Positions 27,520 to 36,410 are shown, counted from the stretch's first letter. The stretch is DNA of 64,000 nucleotides from Candidatus Parcubacteria bacterium (GCA_041168925.1 JBEEJY010000005.1:2957-66956); one strand, 5' to 3'. Notes: a model not told the origin generated them from the letters alone. Translations and numbers: made by a program.

Positions 27520-29133
27520 CTAGCGCGCTTCAACGCTCTGCCCTTCACGCAGCCCGCGCGCATCGGTCACGATCTGCATATCGGCGCTGACGCCCTCGGT
27601 GATTTCGATGCGGTCGCCGAGGAGCGCGCCGAGCTTTACTTCGTGCGCGACAAGCGCCGAGTCCGCGCCGACCGTGAAGACGGTCGTGCGATCCGCTTCG
27701 ACCTTCACGGCAGAGATCGGGATCGTTATGCGTGAGGTCACCGCAATCCCCGGAGCGACGCGCTCGATCCGCGCAAGGATCGACTGGCCGTTCAAAAGCG
27801 TTTTGCCCGGATCGGAGATTCCGATGCGCACTTCGATGCGTTTCGTGACGGGATCGAGCGCGGGCGCGATCTTGGTTACGATCCCCTTCGCCCCGCTGTC
27901 GAAGGATACGTTTTGGCCGACGGCGATCTCGCGCGCGTCGCTTTCCGATACATAGGCGATCACCTCGAGCGCGCTGTTGTTGGCAACGGTAACGACCGGC
28001 GAGCCTTGCGACACATGGTCGCCCACTTTAAGCGAAAAGGAATTGATGGTGCCGGAAATCGGCGCGCGCACGATCGTCTTCTCGAGACTTGCGCGCGCGG
28101 CCGCGACGGACCCTTGCGCTTGCTTGAGCGCCGCTTCGGCGGCGGCAATGTCTTCCGGCCGCGCGCCGACAACGCTTTCTTTGAGATTGTTCTCGGCCAT
28201 TTGGAGCGCAAGATGCGCGCTCGAGAGCGTCGAAAGCACCGTGTTGATGCTCGCGCGCGCCGCCGTCGCATCGGAAAGATAGGCATCGATCGTCGACTGC
28301 GGGTACTCGGGAGCCGCGATGCCCGCGTTTAGGGTGGCGATGACGGTGTCAAGGAAATCGCGAACTTGCCGCACCTCCGTGGTCGTCGTGTCGAACTCCG
28401 CATGCAAATCATCGTCGGTTGAAAGATCGGCGGCACGCGTTTTTTCCCGCGCGAGTACGCTGTTGAGGGCGATGCGCCCGTCTTCCGCATTGATCTTCAC
28501 CTGCGAGTCGTATGCGAGAATCTTGAAGCGCGGGGAGACGCCGTTGGGACTGATGAAAAACGGATCCGTCGTGCCGCGGATGGCATTGTCGACCGCGGTG
28601 TAGGCGGAAAGCAGCGCATTCACGGCGCCTTGCTGGCCCGCGTTGAGCGATGCCTGGAGCGTCGATTTTTCCTCGGCGCGCGCGCCGCTTTTTACCTTAT
28701 CGAGCGCCGCCTGCGCCGCATCTTGCGCTCCCTGCGCTTGCAGGAGCGCTGCTTGCTGCGAAGCGTTCTCCAGCGCGACGATCGAAGCGCCGGCGCCGAC
28801 GACATCACCAAGGCCATAGTACGCGCGCGTGATACGACCTGAACTCTCCGCAAGCACCGTCGCCTCCGATTTCGCGCTTACCGTGCCGACGATCTCAAGC
28901 GGAGAGGATTCCGCCGCGAGCGCGGCGACCGAGCGAACTTCGACCTGTCGTATCGAGAGCGCGGGAACAGGTGTCGAAGGCCCGATGTAAGCATGCGCCG
29001 CGAGTCCGCCGACAATGACAACCGCACCGGCAATGCCGATCTTCCACCAGCCGACGCGATTCGCGAATTCGACAAACGCCGTGGCGACGGCCCGTACGAT
29101 CGCCCAAATTCTCTCGAAAATAGTCGCGAACAC
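27520..29133 (-). CDS. Efflux RND periplasmic adaptor (membrane fusion protein), unusually long at 537 aa
   Basis: N-terminal TM, a long Ala/Gln-rich coiled-coil hairpin, then a C-terminal beta-barrel/lipoyl-like region (GDHVSQGSPVVTVANN...). Confidence 0.75.
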   Translation of the reverse strand: MFATIFERIWAIVRAVATAFVEFANRVGWWKIGIAGAVVIVGGLAAHAYIGPSTPVPALSIRQVEVRSVAALAAESSPLEIVGTVSAKSEATVLAESSGRITRAYYGLGDVVGAGASIVALENASQQAALLQAQGAQDAAQAALDKVKSGARAEEKSTLQASLNAGQQGAVNALLSAYTAVDNAIRGTTDPFFISPNGVSPRFKILAYDSQVKINAEDGRIALNSVLAREKTRAADLSTDDDLHAEFDTTTTEVRQVRDFLDTVIATLNAGIAAPEYPQSTIDAYLSDATAARASINTVLSTLSSAHLALQMAENNLKESVVGARPEDIAAAEAALKQAQGSVAAARASLEKTIVRAPISGTINSFSLKVGDHVSQGSPVVTVANNSALEVIAYVSESDAREIAVGQNVSFDSGAKGIVTKIAPALDPVTKRIEVRIGISDPGKTLLNGQSILARIERVAPGIAVTSRITIPISAVKVEADRTTVFTVGADSALVAHEVKLGALLGDRIEITEGVSADMQIVTDARGLREGQSVEAR

Positions 29134-29230
29134 GCACGTAGTTTACTAAACACCCGAGGAATTGTACAGAGGATAATTCGTCTTCTTCTCGAATTGCGGA
29201 GGGCGATATTTTGGCTATACTTCATCCGAT

Positions 29231-29305
29231 TCCCCGGTAACTCAATGGTAGAGTAACTCCCTGTTAAGGAGTGAGTTGTAGGTTCGAGTCCTACCCGGGG
29301 AGCCA
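29231..29305 (+). tRNA. tRNA-Asn (anticodon GTT), CCA encoded
   Basis: Folded by hand: acceptor TCCCCGG/CCGGGGA, D-arm ACTC/GAGT, anticodon stem ACTCC/GGAGT with loop CTGTTAA, T-arm GTAGG/CCTAC with loop TTCGAGT, discriminator G, then CCA. Confidence 0.85.
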
Positions 29306-29336
29306 GAACTGATCGCCGCTTCGGCGCCGTTCTGCA

Positions 29337-29696
29337 ATGATGAATATAAAAATTATCAGCAAGCAGATCACTCTCGACGAAGTGCGCGTTCTCGCGAAGG
29401 AGACGTATCGCGACATGATAAAAGGCGTTGCAGACGTGCGGCGTGAGGTTATCGCGCTCGGTGGCGATTGGCATATGGACGCGAACGCGGTACTGCTCGC
29501 GGACGGATCGCAACAAAACGACGCGTGGGGATTCAACCTTTATCTCGACAAACACGGCGACGAAGCTTTGAAATTCGTTTCGCTTATCAACATTCGCCCC
29601 GCTCAAGGCAAGCGCAGTATGGAGCTCGAGGATAAGGAACTGCGCCACAAGATTTCTGCCATAGTACGGCGATGCGTTCCAGAGCTTTTCGTATGA
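29337..29696 (+). CDS. Hypothetical protein (119 aa), first gene of an ATGA-coupled pair in a lower-GC tRNA-adjacent segment
   Basis: Begins 32 nt after tRNA-Asn. Its stop TGA overlaps the ATG of the next ORF at 29693-29696. Confidence 0.45.
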   Translation: MMNIKIISKQITLDEVRVLAKETYRDMIKGVADVRREVIALGGDWHMDANAVLLADGSQQNDAWGFNLYLDKHGDEALKFVSLINIRPAQGKRSMELEDKELRHKISAIVRRCVPELFV

Positions 29697-29983
29697 ATGA
29701 TGATCGAGTTCTCTTCTACTTTGCCAACCTCGGCGCCGATATGATGCGATGCGCGCTCGCGGGAGAGGAAAAAAACATAGAAGAGTACAAATCATCGGTT
29801 GACAGGGCGTATCGAACCATATCCCTCCTTGATGCCGAAAACCAGCCCGGAGCGGCCGAAGAGGGCCGTCTCCTTATCCGGGCACTCGATTGCGCGCGAC
29901 TTTCGAACTCACTTCCTTCGTTCCGCAAACAATTGAACGATTTGGTTGAGCCGCACGTGATTCGTCTGTGCGCCAGGCGATAA
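29693..29983 (+). CDS. Hypothetical protein (about 96 aa), second gene of the coupled pair
   Basis: Starts MNDDRVLFYFANLG. No domain recognised. Confidence 0.4.
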   Translation: MNDDRVLFYFANLGADMMRCALAGEEKNIEEYKSSVDRAYRTISLLDAENQPGAAEEGRLLIRALDCARLSNSLPSFRKQLNDLVEPHVIRLCARR

Positions 29984-30273
29984 AATTCAGAGACCACATA
30001 TGTGTTGAATCCGCGGTGAAATTGGCGAGGGTTCCCCTCGCCACAGATAAAATGACAAATGATATGACGTTGCATTCGCACCGAAAAAAGTTGTGTCCGA
30101 TGAACAGATTTAGCGACTTTTGGGATATTGTCAGCGGTGCGGCTTCACCGCGCCTGCATTTGCTCGCGGGGACTTTGCGCCACCCCTCGGTGCGCACCGA
30201 GGGGTGGCGCAGAATTCGGTTCGCGCTATTTCAAGCGTACCGAGCCAGATAGGAAATTTGATAAGATGGCAGA

Positions 30274-30702
30274 ATGAATCGCAGTCAGTCCGAAGAACGA
30301 TTTGAACAGCGAGTGCCTGCAGATCTTCGTAGGATCCTTGCCGCCAGTCCGAAAGCGAGCGTTCTGTGGAGCGGTCTCACGCCGATCGCTCGCAGAGATT
30401 TTATTACCTGGGTTGAGTCGGCCAAACGGCCGCAGACTCGTATGCGCCGCGCGAAAAGTATCCCCTCTCGGCTTGCAGCCGGGAAACGACGCCCTTGCTG
30501 CTTTGCTATAGTGCCGATGAATCTATACAAAGCCCTCGCGCTTATCCCGAAAGCAAAAACCGCGTGGAACTCCCTCACGCCGGCCGAACGCAGAAATTTT
30601 GTCGCTTGGATCGATACGGCAAAAACGTCGAATGAACGCGGGCAGCGAATCAACACGGTCTGCATGAGGCTTAAAGGCGGAAAAAGACACTTCCGATTTT
30701 AG
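30274..30702 (+). CDS. YdeI/OmpD-associated family protein with an internally duplicated domain
   Basis: Two roughly 45-aa repeats: LTPIARRDFITWVESAKRPQTRMRRAKSIPSRLAAGKRRP and LTPAERRNFVAWIDTAKTSNERGQRINTVCMRLKGGKRH. Confidence 0.6.
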   Translation: MNRSQSEERFEQRVPADLRRILAASPKASVLWSGLTPIARRDFITWVESAKRPQTRMRRAKSIPSRLAAGKRRPCCFAIVPMNLYKALALIPKAKTAWNSLTPAERRNFVAWIDTAKTSNERGQRINTVCMRLKGGKRHFRF

Positions 30703-30718
30703 TCGCCTCGTAGTAATT

Positions 30719-30746
30719 CGGCCACGGGCGTGAGCGCCCGTGGCCT
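30719..30746. terminator. Hairpin GGCCACGGGCG-TGAG-CGCCCGTGGCC, 3' of the YdeI-like gene
   Basis: Perfect 11-bp stem seen directly in the sequence. Confidence 0.4.
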
Positions 30747-31102
30747 TGATGAATGAGCGTTTCTCTCCTGCGTGTCAGCAGAACTGCGGAGCCGAATCGC
30801 GTTTCCTGCGATTCGATGCCGCTTGCTGTTGCATCTGGCGGACCGCTTCCTCGTGCCCTTTGGCTTGTCTGGCGATCCGCAACACCTCATTCTCCTCTGC
30901 GTCGCTTACCGGCGACTCCATAAGCTCCTCCGTATCCTGGAACGCATCCTCTCAACTCGAGAAACGAGAACAGCTGCCCCGGTTGGCCGAGGCTTGCCGC
31001 TCACACTTCAGGAGCGAGGATGTCTCTATATACTACCAGGAGCACATCTTCATTACAAACAAATTGCGCGATGTTATAGTGCAAAGGGCAGTGGAGACAT
31101 GC

Positions 31103-31264
31103 ATGACAAAAGCGCGTGCACTCGAGGCCGCGGCCCGAATCCGCGAGATGGCGGCGAAAGAGAAAGACCCGATCGAAAAAGCGCAGCTCGAAGAGATCGC
31201 GGCGCGATGGGATTTGCTCGCCCAATATTACGCGGCGAAAGAGAAGGCGGCCGACAGCAAATAA
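31103..31264 (+). CDS. Possible small helical protein (53 aa)
   Basis: GGAGA ribosome-binding site 7 nt upstream. The product is MTKARALEAAARIREMAAKEKDPIEKAQLEEIAARWDLLAQYYAAKEKAADSK. Confidence 0.3.
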   Translation: MTKARALEAAARIREMAAKEKDPIEKAQLEEIAARWDLLAQYYAAKEKAADSK

Positions 31265-31333
31265 CTGGCGCAGCGAAAGCGGCGCCGTTTCTTTACTGTT
31301 GACGGGTATGCGCGAGGAGCATAAGCTGCCGGC

Positions 31334-31873
31334 ATGGCCACCTCGTACGAAGAGTACCGGGATCGTATCATCACGCTTCACGACTATCCGACTGTCATCG
31401 ACGAAGCGCGACGCGAGTATGAAGTCGCGACCGTCCAGGCACTGCCCGTAACCGGGCTCGACGTGCCTTTTTTGCTTGAGCGCGAGTATGCCGACGCCCT
31501 GATCGATCGCGGCGAAGCGGAGATGGCGCGCAGAGTGATCGAGCGGATGAAACTCTCCTACCCTATTCGCACCGCACAAGATCTCGTGCGCTCGCTCGAG
31601 TATCGTCTCTCGACCATGCAAAAGATCGACGCGCGGATAACGGCGACCCTCGAACAGGCGCGGCGTGAAGCAAGGGAAGATATGAATCAGCACACCATTC
31701 TTCTGGTCGCGCTCACGGCGGGGATTATCGCGATATTCGGGGCAGCGACTGCGATCTTCCGCGCATCAAGCTACGACGAGGCGTGGATGACCTTCATGGG
31801 CGTCAGTTTTGCGGTGATCATGCTTGTCTTCGTCGCCTTCGCTTGCAACTATCTCTTCCGCGGGAGAAAATAA
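31334..31873 (+). CDS. Hypothetical protein with two C-terminal TM helices
   Basis: 179 aa; soluble N-domain, then ILLVALTAGIIAIFGAATAIF and FMGVSFAVIMLVFVAFACNYLF. Confidence 0.5.
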   Translation: MATSYEEYRDRIITLHDYPTVIDEARREYEVATVQALPVTGLDVPFLLEREYADALIDRGEAEMARRVIERMKLSYPIRTAQDLVRSLEYRLSTMQKIDARITATLEQARREAREDMNQHTILLVALTAGIIAIFGAATAIFRASSYDEAWMTFMGVSFAVIMLVFVAFACNYLFRGRK

Positions 31874-31877
31874 AGCG

Positions 31878-32090
31878 ATGAATCTTCGACGCTGGCTGCT
31901 GTACGTCACGAACAACGAGGAGCGCTCGCGCCACGAAGAGGAGTTCGATATCGCTTTTTTTATAGTCAACACGTTGGCTGTCATCGTAGGCAGCGCCTAT
32001 CTGGCGTACGTCGATGAGTGGCAATGGATCCCTTTCCTCGTTATAGAGTACACCTGGGCAATGGACACGATGCGCCACAACAGGCCCTAG
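31878..32090 (+). CDS. Small membrane protein (70 aa)
   Basis: ATG lies 5 nt after the previous stop. Starts MNLRRWLLYVTNNEERS... Confidence 0.35.
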   Translation: MNLRRWLLYVTNNEERSRHEEEFDIAFFIVNTLAVIVGSAYLAYVDEWQWIPFLVIEYTWAMDTMRHNRP

Positions 32091-32311
32091 CGATGTTCCA
32101 GGCACTCTCGCGAGGTCCTCACTGCAATTGCCCGTCAAGCATCGGCTTCCACTGGCTCTCCGACGTCCTTGTCGACGCTATCGTGGGCTCGCTTGTCGGT
32201 GTTGTTGTAGCAAAAAGTTTTTTGCGAATAACTGCGCCAGCAGTATAATCGCGGGAGACCGCGCGAGACTTGCTCGCTCGGCTATCGCAGCACATCCAAC
32301 GGAGCCCAAGC

Positions 32312-32605
32312 ATGTTTTCAGTCGGTTCGACAAGGCCAAATTTCTACACTGGAAAGCGACAGAGAAGACCTGCGGCTGAGCCAACACAGAATACCGAGGC
32401 CGTTCGTGTTCGTAGCTACGACATAACCGTCGAACTTTTGGCGAACGGCATGTGGCAGCTGACAACTAGATACCGTCAGCGTCCCGGTGGGGACAAGGAA
32501 CTGCACGCCGAGGTGGGAACGGCACTGCCTCACATGCTCGCTACGAGCAGCGACAAGATCAACGCGAACGAGAAAAAGATTCGCGAAACTGGCAGTTCCG
32601 CCTAA
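32312..32605 (+). CDS. Hypothetical protein (about 97 aa)
   Basis: GGAG ribosome-binding site 9 nt upstream of the MFSVGSTRPNFYTGKRQ start. Confidence 0.3.
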   Translation: MFSVGSTRPNFYTGKRQRRPAAEPTQNTEAVRVRSYDITVELLANGMWQLTTRYRQRPGGDKELHAEVGTALPHMLATSSDKINANEKKIRETGSSA

Positions 32606-32660
32606 CGAGCGAACGTTGCTCGATCCAGCCTCCGACCCCGGTTTCGACCGGGGTCATTCA

Positions 32661-33191
32661 TTACCACAGGTACGGGTAATTGCCGTTGCAGTTGTAATTG
32701 TAGTTGTAGTTGTAGTTGCCGTAGGAGCCGAGGCCGTAGTATGGATAGTAGTTGCCGCAGCGGCCGCCATTGTAGTTGTAATTATAATTATAGTTGTAGC
32801 CGTACGATGGATACGAGACGTAATTCGGGTACGACTGGTAATTGGACGGGCACGACGGTGAATTCGAGTAATAGCTGCCGCACCAGTACATGCCGCTCCC
32901 GTAATTGTTGTAGCCGTAGTTGTAGGGATACTGGTAGTAGTTGTTGTTGTACGGATAAGAATAATTGTTGTAGGGATAGTAATTGTTGTAATAGTTGCTG
33001 TTGTAGCACGGATAGTACGAGAGATTGCCGTTGCACCAATACGTCGGGCTATACGTGTTGTTCGAGCCGTACCCGCCGTAGTAGCTGGAGGGATACATGT
33101 ACGACTGCGCGTGGGTCGTAAGCGGAATGGCCGATAAGGCGATCACGAGGAGAACGAACACGCTGATAATCTTCATCGATAAGGTGTTCAT
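32661..33191 (-). CDS. Secreted Tyr/Asn/Gly/Ser-rich low-complexity protein (about 176 aa)
   Basis: Signal peptide MNTLSMKIISVFVLLVIALSAIPLTTHA. The mature region is about 35% Tyr, with YN/NY/YP repeats (YPYNNYSYPYNNNYYQYPYNYGYNNYG, NYNYNYNYN) and six Cys. The underlying DNA carries GTAGTT tandem repeats. Confidence 0.6.
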   Translation of the reverse strand: MNTLSMKIISVFVLLVIALSAIPLTTHAQSYMYPSSYYGGYGSNNTYSPTYWCNGNLSYYPCYNSNYYNNYYPYNNYSYPYNNNYYQYPYNYGYNNYGSGMYWCGSYYSNSPSCPSNYQSYPNYVSYPSYGYNYNYNYNYNGGRCGNYYPYYGLGSYGNYNYNYNYNCNGNYPYLW

Positions 33192-33302
33192 ATGCGCGCA
33201 GTCTACTCCCGCGCTATTTTGGGTGCAAGTTTCGGCCATATTGACACCCGCATTCCGTCGTTTTACGGTGCAAGCAGTACCACGATCTTTCGGAGGAAGG
33301 AC

Positions 33303-34397
33303 ATGCATGCGACAGCTGATGACATTGCGTCTGTAGTGACGCGACGATTTGCCGAGGCGGGAATACGGCTCGGCACGCTAGGGAGCGACGCCGACATCAT
33401 CATGACGCCGGCTGCATACCCCCTGTTTCTCAAAGGCGGCACGGGCGTTGGTGACGCGTTCAAGTTCGGCCATTGCAGAGCAGGAGCCATGTCCATCAAG
33501 GATTTCACGACGGCGCGCATCAAGGCACGTATGCTGGACAAGCCGGAGAAAACGAACGCATCGCAGCAGAGCCTCGAGAGCGGGCCGCTCATCGCGGAAC
33601 ACTACGAGGCGGGCAACGGCTTCTACGAGACGATCCTCGACCCCTACATGCAGTACTCCTGCGCCATCTTCGACGAACGGCATGCGACTCTCGATACCGC
33701 CCAGCGCAACAAGCTGCTTCTGACCGGATGCAAGCAGCACCTCGCGGCCGGGGATTCGCTTCTTGATATCGGCTGCGGCTGGGGCGGATTGCTCCGGCAT
33801 CACAACGAGAGGTGGCAGACGGTCGGAACCGGCATCACGCTCTCCGACCGGCAGCTCGAGCTTGCGCGAAAGCACAATGCCGGACGGTCCAACACGTTTC
33901 TCAACAGGAACTACCGGGAGCTCGAAGGCGAGTGGGATCACATCGTGTCCGTGGGAATGTTCGAGCATGTGGGTACCGAGCACTACGACGCCTTTTTCAG
34001 CCGCTGCAAGCGAATCTTGAAACCCGGCGGAGATATGCTGCTCCATGCGATTCTCGGGATCGTAGAAGGCGGCATGGATCCGTGGCTCGAGGCCAACATC
34101 TTTCGCGGCGGCGAACTCGGGACGAAAAAGCTCGTCGAGACGTCAATTCGCGGTAAGTTCGTCGCGATGGATTGGCATCGCATCGGCAAGAACTACGCCC
34201 CGACCCTGATGGCATGGAACAAGAACCTCCATGACTACTGGGACTATCTGGTATCCGAAGGTTATAGGGTCGACTTTCTTCGCATGCACGACTACTATCA
34301 GCAAGAGTGTGCCGCGCGATTCGAGTACGGCATTATTACCGTCTACCAAACCCACCTCTTCCATGAGTGGCAGGATGGGTACGTCCCCGTTCGCTGA
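33303..34397 (+). CDS. cfa: Cyclopropane-fatty-acyl-phospholipid synthase family SAM-dependent methyltransferase
   Basis: SAM motif LLDIGCGWGGL and the conserved CFA-synthase C-terminal region. 364 aa from the internal ATG at 33303. Confidence 0.85.
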   Translation: MHATADDIASVVTRRFAEAGIRLGTLGSDADIIMTPAAYPLFLKGGTGVGDAFKFGHCRAGAMSIKDFTTARIKARMLDKPEKTNASQQSLESGPLIAEHYEAGNGFYETILDPYMQYSCAIFDERHATLDTAQRNKLLLTGCKQHLAAGDSLLDIGCGWGGLLRHHNERWQTVGTGITLSDRQLELARKHNAGRSNTFLNRNYRELEGEWDHIVSVGMFEHVGTEHYDAFFSRCKRILKPGGDMLLHAILGIVEGGMDPWLEANIFRGGELGTKKLVETSIRGKFVAMDWHRIGKNYAPTLMAWNKNLHDYWDYLVSEGYRVDFLRMHDYYQQECAARFEYGIITVYQTHLFHEWQDGYVPVR

Positions 34398-34473
34398 CGC
34401 AACGGCCTGCAAACGAAGCGGCCGCCCCGGAGGGGCGGCCGCACTCTTTTCAGCCCATTTCAGTATGTCCCAG

Positions 34474-34731
34474 CTACTTGAGGTGTGCCGAGACCAATTT
34501 CGTCATCTCGAACATGTTGACCGTCCCCTTCCCGCCGAACACCTTCCTCAATTTGTCATCGGCATTGATATTGCGTCTGTTTTGCGAATCCTGAAGGCTG
34601 TGCTTCTTTATGTATTCCCAAAGCTTTTTCACCACCTCCCCGCGCGACATCGGACCCCTCCCCACCACCGCCTCTAGGTCTCCCGAGAGATTCATTGGCT
34701 TCAAGAGCGCCGGATTAGCCTTTCGTACCAT
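34474..34731 (-). CDS. SWIB/MDM2 domain protein
   Basis: 85 aa. VVKKLWEYIKKHSLQDSQNRRNINADDKLRKVFG matches the SWIB fold signature. Confidence 0.75.
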   Translation of the reverse strand: MVRKANPALLKPMNLSGDLEAVVGRGPMSRGEVVKKLWEYIKKHSLQDSQNRRNINADDKLRKVFGGKGTVNMFEMTKLVSAHLK

Positions 34732-34853
34732 AGTAATTCATTTTTTAGCTTGTATATGGCAAGTATACCTACCCTATGGGGGCTGCAAGGACCCCTGTGG
34801 ATAGACGGGGCCGCCCCCGTTGATACGAAGGGCGGCGCCTCCAAGCAAATCTT

Positions 34854-35105
34854 TTACAATCCACCCGCGCCGCAGTCTTTGCAGCGATTCTTATGCGTCG
34901 CGATCTCGTACACCGCCGAAACGCCGACGAGTACGTAAACGAGCCACTCGAGTGCCGGCCACGAGCCGAGGATCATTTTCACGACGTTCCAGTTGCCGCC
35001 CACGAATTCTCCGAGTCCTACGAGACCCCAGTTCAAGGCACCCACGATCATGAGGATCCAACTCACCATGTGCATCCATTTCATAGCGTTTACTGCGAGG
35101 AACAT
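34854..35105 (-). CDS. DUF378 family small membrane protein
   Basis: Two TM helices separated by a GALNWGLVG motif. Start chosen at the internal Met; the longer ORF prefix is Arg/Pro-rich and unlikely to be real. Confidence 0.6.
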   Translation of the reverse strand: MFLAVNAMKWMHMVSWILMIVGALNWGLVGLGEFVGGNWNVVKMILGSWPALEWLVYVLVGVSAVYEIATHKNRCKDCGAGGL

Positions 35106-35446
35106 TGGCTGGTAATCTCGACCCCGCCGCCTCGGACAGGCCTTGGTTGTATGCTCGTAGTATCGCGCGCATTCTTGAGAGGTGCCAGGCCCTGCAAGCT
35201 GTCTCTGTGCATTTCGCGCAGGACGGGGGCAGGCCCGATATGTCAAGCTTCTCTGATTTAAGCGGGCTTCACGCTCGCTTCAGCACGCAATCGCTAGGAT
35301 ACTCGCAGGCAGCGCTCATTCATGATTAGTAATCGTAAACAGACATCCACTACCATGAGGAGAAGCGCGTACGATCTGCGGAAGATCGTCATGTGAGCCG
35401 GGGCGGCCCGAAGCTTAAAGCGAGGGCCGCCCCGGCGCGTACGGGC

Positions 35447-35884
35447 TTATCCGCCGTTTTTCGCTTTCTCGGCTTCGTACACGCGTTTGCGCAACTCGGT
35501 CGTCGACCATCCGTGGTCGCGGGTGTTGTAATAGACCGGGAGCGGCAATCCGCGACCGGTATAGGGCTTGTCTTTATATTCGACGCCGAGGATCCGCACA
35601 TCGATGCCGAGCGCGTTTTCGGTAAGAATTCTGAGTAGATCGGCCTCGGTGTCGTAGTGAACGATCTCGTCGATATATTTGATGCTTCGCAAAATGATCT
35701 CTCTCTCTTTAATCGACATGATCGGACGATTTTTTACTCCCGGCCGATCGAGCGAAGGATCGCTGTGCAGTCCGATGATGAGGTAATCGCACTGTTCCTT
35801 TGCCTCCTCAAACATGAGCATGTGCCCCGCGTGGCAGAGATCGAACGCACCTGCAGTGAATCCGACCTTCTTGCCGTCTTTCAT
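35447..35884 (-). CDS. Cytidylyltransferase-family protein (glycerol-3-phosphate cytidylyltransferase TagD-like / RfaE domain II-like)
   Basis: Nucleotidyltransferase HxGH motif in GAFDLCHAGHMLMFEEA. About 146 aa. Confidence 0.75.
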   Translation of the reverse strand: MKDGKKVGFTAGAFDLCHAGHMLMFEEAKEQCDYLIIGLHSDPSLDRPGVKNRPIMSIKEREIILRSIKYIDEIVHYDTEADLLRILTENALGIDVRILGVEYKDKPYTGRGLPLPVYYNTRDHGWSTTELRKRVYEAEKAKNGG

Positions 35885-35990
35885 TGGTCCGTAGCATAGC
35901 ACAGGATGGAGAGGATCACGATTGAGTGCGGGTTTTGACCGCCAGAAAGGTTCGTGGTTGAATCGTCGCGGAACAGCAAGGGAGACGGCG

Positions 35991-36374
35991 ATGAGTAAGC
36001 CATCCTGCCTATTTCTCAGCCGGAAAGACGACCGGAACGGCATCGCGAAGTTGCTTAAGAGCTTCGGCTATCGCGTCATGCTGACGACCTCGCCCAGCGA
36101 CGCTCTTGACGGCTTCCAGCGGGATATCTTCGACCTCGTTCTCATAGAGGAGGATCAGGACGCGCATCCCGGATGGGACTATGCGATCACGTTCGTGCAG
36201 ACACTTCCCGATCACCGCTCCAGGATCTTTCTCATGTGCAGCTCGCCGCACCCGCCAAACGTAGATCTGCGAAGGCATGGGATCGGGATTCTCATGCGGC
36301 CTTTCACGAAAATGACCGCGAGAGCACAGCTGCAAACAAATCATCTCATCGCGACCTTCATAGGTTCGTGGTAA
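35991..36374 (+). CDS. Atypical single-domain receiver (CheY-like) protein; the phospho-acceptor position reads Glu, not Asp
   Basis: A DD acidic pair sits near the N-terminus. The DLVLIEED context replaces DLVLLD, and MRPF replaces the conserved KPF. Confidence 0.45.
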   Translation: MSKPSCLFLSRKDDRNGIAKLLKSFGYRVMLTTSPSDALDGFQRDIFDLVLIEEDQDAHPGWDYAITFVQTLPDHRSRIFLMCSSPHPPNVDLRRHGIGILMRPFTKMTARAQLQTNHLIATFIGSW

Positions 36375-36377
36375 GAA

Positions 36378-36410
36378 AGACACGGCGGCGCCTTTGGCGC
36401 CGCCTTTGAT
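36378..36410 (+). terminator. Rho-independent terminator GGCGGCGCC-TTT-GGCGCCGCC followed by TTTGATTTCG
   Basis: Perfect 9-bp GC stem plus a T-rich tract, immediately 3' of the receiver gene. Confidence 0.55.

Noticed and set aside
25959-27590. 543-aa plus-strand ORF opposite the RND pump gene
   Set aside because: It lies in the antisense frame of a very well supported 1000-aa RND transporter. Its composition is dominated by Arg, Asp and Glu, which is a GC-driven artefact.
32487-32861. Plus-strand ORF with poly-Val/Ile/Ala (VVVVVVAVGAEAVV...)
   Set aside because: It is the reverse-complement reading of the Tyr/Asn repeat gene (codons TAC/AAC/GTT). It has no independent support.
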